From Eledone cirrhosa (Eukaryota): 64,000 nucleotides of DNA. Shown here piece after piece: positions 60,640 through 64,000 of the stretch. Numbering within the stretch: position 1 is the first letter of the stretch; each line of letters opens with the position of its first letter. The notes under the pieces are model-generated. The model ran no database searches, had not been told where the DNA came from, and saw nothing but the letters and a program-made list of their open reading frames with translations. The translations under genes and the position numbers were made by a program. Location of the stretch: assembly GCA_964016885.1 (NCBI GenBank), contig OZ024764.1:24738001-24802000 (forward strand), given 5' to 3'.

Positions 60640-60908
60640 TAAACGGACTACCGTCCGTTTAGTAATATTGTTGTGGTCGTGTTTTCTTTGGCAATCGTCT
60701 ATTTACGACAGTACAGCGCGGCTCTACTTTATTTAACTGAGATAAAACTTATATGAGCATGAACAGTAGATCATTACGCATCTTTTGGCTTAAAAATCTA
60801 GAAATTTGGTCCAGCGGGAAAAAGTTTATAATCAAAGTTTGCTGATAAATCTTGTGTTCAAGTGAGTGAGTAGTAAGCGTGACGCTAGGGGAGGTAATCC
60901 AGAAATGA

Positions 60909-61091
60909 CGTTTGGAAAAGTTTAATTACTGCATGAAAGAAATGATTCAAAAATTGAACTTGCCCAATCTTCACAACATTGAAAATTGGTCAAAATTTGA
61001 CAAATCTGACTTCAAACCAGATATGATTCATTTGAACAATGTTGGAAATCTTAAATTGACACAAATTTTTGCCAATGTTTTTGCCACCTGA
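60909..61091 (+). pseudogene. C-terminal fragment of an SGNH/GDSL hydrolase-like protein
   Basis: RLEKFNYCMKEMIQK..IENWSKF..FKPDMIHLNNVGNLKL resembles block V (DxxHLNxxG); AATAAA at 61129. Confidence 0.4.
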
Positions 61092-61271
61092 TCCTTGTTC
61101 TATGGCTGACTGACTAATTTTGTGACTTAATAAAATGTCATCATACTAGTAATGCACAATGGTCATTTTTAAATTTAAATTTTATTAAATAGTTGTTGCT
61201 TGCATTGCCTTAAAATAGTAACAAGAATGTACACATCCTTTTTAAAAATACATCATTATCAGTCAAATCAG

Positions 61272-61631
61272 TCAAATGTCACTAAAAGCCAGGTGGTCGA
61301 TAACAACTTCTATAAGATTAGTTACATGCTCACACATTGGATCACCTCTCATCAATGGCATTGGGTGTCTGAGATAATCGTGGAGATAACTGATGAAGTC
61401 ACAAATGAAGTGATGGTCTTCCAGTGTGAACAACTCCCTATATCCATTGATATATGTGATGGCTTCCAATTCATAGGTGCATTTTATGAGGAATTCCATG
61501 CATCCGATTTTCAGTGATTCAATGGGCATTTTATCAGAGATGATAAGGTATTTGACCACGTTTTGCTTTGTAAGTAAATTGGAGAGAATCACTGCAGTCA
61601 AAGTCATTTCTTTGCATGGGTTTTTGTCCAT
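61272..61631 (-). CDS. Intronless ORF resembling an SPOP/BTB-associated BACK-like helical domain
   Basis: LTKQNVVKYLIISDKMPIESLKIGCMEFL..GYRELF resembles LxxxNxxxxLxxADxxxxxxLKxxCxxFI; AATAAA downstream on the minus strand (~61185). Confidence 0.4.
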   Translation of the reverse strand: MDKNPCKEMTLTAVILSNLLTKQNVVKYLIISDKMPIESLKIGCMEFLIKCTYELEAITYINGYRELFTLEDHHFICDFISYLHDYLRHPMPLMRGDPMCEHVTNLIEVVIDHLAFSDI

Positions 61632-62443
61632 TCTAAAAAGTTATCTTCTTGATTAGTGCATAATAATTGTCATGCTCTCATTGTGCGTTGCCCCTGAGCG
61701 GTTGGTTCTGGTTGGGGTTGGTTGGCTGAGCAGTTCTGCTCCGTCAGAATGACCATTGCAAGAAGAATTGGCCGATGCAGCTGCAGGCCTCCTCCAAGAA
61801 TGCACTTCTGGTCCCGCAACACCAGACGAAGATGGAGAAGACGACCGGGACAAGATGTCGACTCTGACCACCGACTACGGGACCTCCCTCAACCACCGGT
61901 CCTCCCTCCCTCCAGTCCTCCTGCTCCCCCTTCCTGTACCAGAAAGCTGTGGCACGCATTCATCTGGACTGCCGGACTTGAACTCAAAGACAAGATGCAA
62001 GGAGAAGATGGACGGGTTGGTCAAGATCAAGGATGAGCGGGACAACAAGACCGTCCGCTGCTGCTCAAGATCTGTGCTCATGGGCCCATGGGTCCATTCA
62101 CATTATGCATGACACATGAGGCGTGTCGCCGAATGATGAAATAGGGGTATGGTTATGGCCCAATTGGTGTTCAAACCAGGATCAAATGATCCCCCCGGTC
62201 TGACGACGACCACTGAATGTGGAACCCAGAGCCTATGAATGTGGAACTCGATTCTTTACCAATAAAAATTTTGCCACTAATATTATTGTAAAATTTTTTA
62301 TTTCTTGTCCAATTCTTTAAAGTTTTATCTTAGTTTCTTGTCCTATTCTTTTAAAGTTTTATTTTAGTTTCTTGTCCTGTATTTTTAAAGGTTTATATTC
62401 CAACAATATTACTTTTTTTTGCTGTACGCATTTTTCTATCTGG

Positions 62444-62475
<32 letters not shown>

Positions 62476-62635
62476 AAAATTGAACGGGAACAAAACAGAG
62501 AGGCAGTACGAACAAAGGTTTATTAGTTTCACGCTCTTGAGAGTGGGGTGGTGGGGATATATATATATGTGTATATATATATATATGTGTGTATACATAT
62601 ATATATATATGTGTGTGTGTGTGTATATATGTGTA

Positions 62636-62667
<32 letters not shown>

Positions 62668-62702
62668 CATATATATACACATATACATATATATATATAT
62701 AT

Positions 62703-64000
62703 AACTTTGATAACTTTGATAGGTTTCGGCCAGTATTGGCCCAGGCCATGTCTAACTTAATAGCACCACCTGGCGAAGTCTTACAAATCAGGGTTTGGGC
62801 ACCATGGCCCACTCGAGCAGAGAGTTATTGTTTACGGAGGCATATCCGGGTGTAGGAGGCTTATCCGGGATTTCTTGAAGGAATTTATCCAAAGACTTCT
62901 TCAGCTTGATGGGGTCTGTCTCTATTTTGATGTGTTTTGGTGTAATGTTAAATAGTGCAGGGCCAATTGAGGTGAAATAATTGTGCCGTATTGTTGGTAT
63001 GTGATGCGAGTGGGATTTTTGTCGTGGGCGGATAGCACGGTGCCCAAGCCATGGGTGTACACTAAAGGTGATGCCAACATCATTTGGACTAAGCTGATGG
63101 AATACTTTCCACATCATGCAGATAATGTAGCGCTCACGGCGACATTGGAGAGATAAAGGTTGAGATTTTCTAATCGACTCCAATAGTCAAGGCCTGTCAT
63201 GCCATCTATCTTTTTTGTAATTGACCTTTGGGGTGCTTCAACTTTCATGATACTTTGTTTCGTGAGGGGTGACCACATTCGACAACAGGTGGGGTCGGGC
63301 AAAAGTGGAGAAGAGAAGGACAACAGTGTGGATATCTCTCGACTGGAAAGTTCTGAGAATCCAGGAACACATTTTGCGGCCATATCAACTTTGCTGTTTA
63401 TACGACTGGCCCAGCTTATATTGTTGTCCACAATTACTCCCAGGTCTCTGATGTTATTGGATGCCACTAGAATTTCACCCGAAGGAAGAGAGTATGGTAG
63501 TTTCAGGGCATCCTTTTTTCCAAAGTGGATTAGTTCAAACTTATCCTCATTCAACAGCAGATTATTCATCTCTGCCCATTGGATAACAGCCAGTAGGTCT
63601 GACTGAAGGCAAGTCCGGTCACCCACCTCATTGATGACCCTTTGGAGCTTGGAATCATCTGCTAAGATTCTGATGTTGCTGTGCTTGATGATGTCAGTAA
63701 TGTCATTAATGTAGATGATGAAAAGAAGTGGGCTCAACACAGTGCCTTGTGGGACGCCACTGCTGACTTTGGCAGGGCTTGATTTTACTCCTTCGACTAC
63801 AACATGCTGGGTTCTGTCTGTCAGGAAACATTTGATCCACTGTAGTAACCTTCCAGAGACACCAACATTGTATAGTTTTTTCGGTAGAATCTTATGATCA
63901 ACCCTGTCAAAGGTCTTGCTGAAATCAAGGTAGATAACATCAATGTTGGAGCCCTCTCCCAAGGCTCTCAAAACATCGTCAAAGTGATGCAGGAGCTGCA
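62703..64000 (-). mobile_element. CR1-group LINE 3' portion (frameshifted RT), continues past the window end
   Basis: DVIYLDFSKTFDRVDH, SGVPQGTVLSPLLF, LADD, RDLGV; tail (TTATCAAAG)n. Confidence 0.9.

Overview
Repeat-rich, AT-rich animal genomic DNA. The SINE, RTE and (TA)n landscape suggests an octopus/coleoid cephalopod (inference). Host genes: one complete 4-exon gene (+; 14112-14148, 26352-26630, 27606-27839, 31053-31273) encoding a 256-aa secreted protein with three chitin-binding type-2 (CBM14/peritrophin-A) domains, and a convergent terminal exon of a second CBM14 gene (-; 46821-47035). Most of the rest is mobile DNA. There is a near full-length Penelope-like element (RT + GIY-YIG) with an inverted 5'-truncated twin (48804-55090). 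An intact two-ORF L1/Tx1 LINE (36659-42266) sits in a 72-bp satellite that is itself inside a TTAA/CCC piggyBac-type non-autonomous element. There are also many RTE LINE fragments (one family has a PHD finger inside the RT), CR1-type LINEs, tRNA-derived SINEs, Helitrons including a head-to-tail concatemer, and several minisatellites derived from TE sequence. The strongest hidden signal is about 18 type I hammerhead-ribozyme motifs from roughly nine unrelated sequence families, many in fold-back inverted repeats inserted into (TA)n. A compact intronless cassette near 60.9-62.3 kb (SGNH-like and BACK-like ORFs) is unexplained. All RNA structures and domain calls were made by eye, not by database search.
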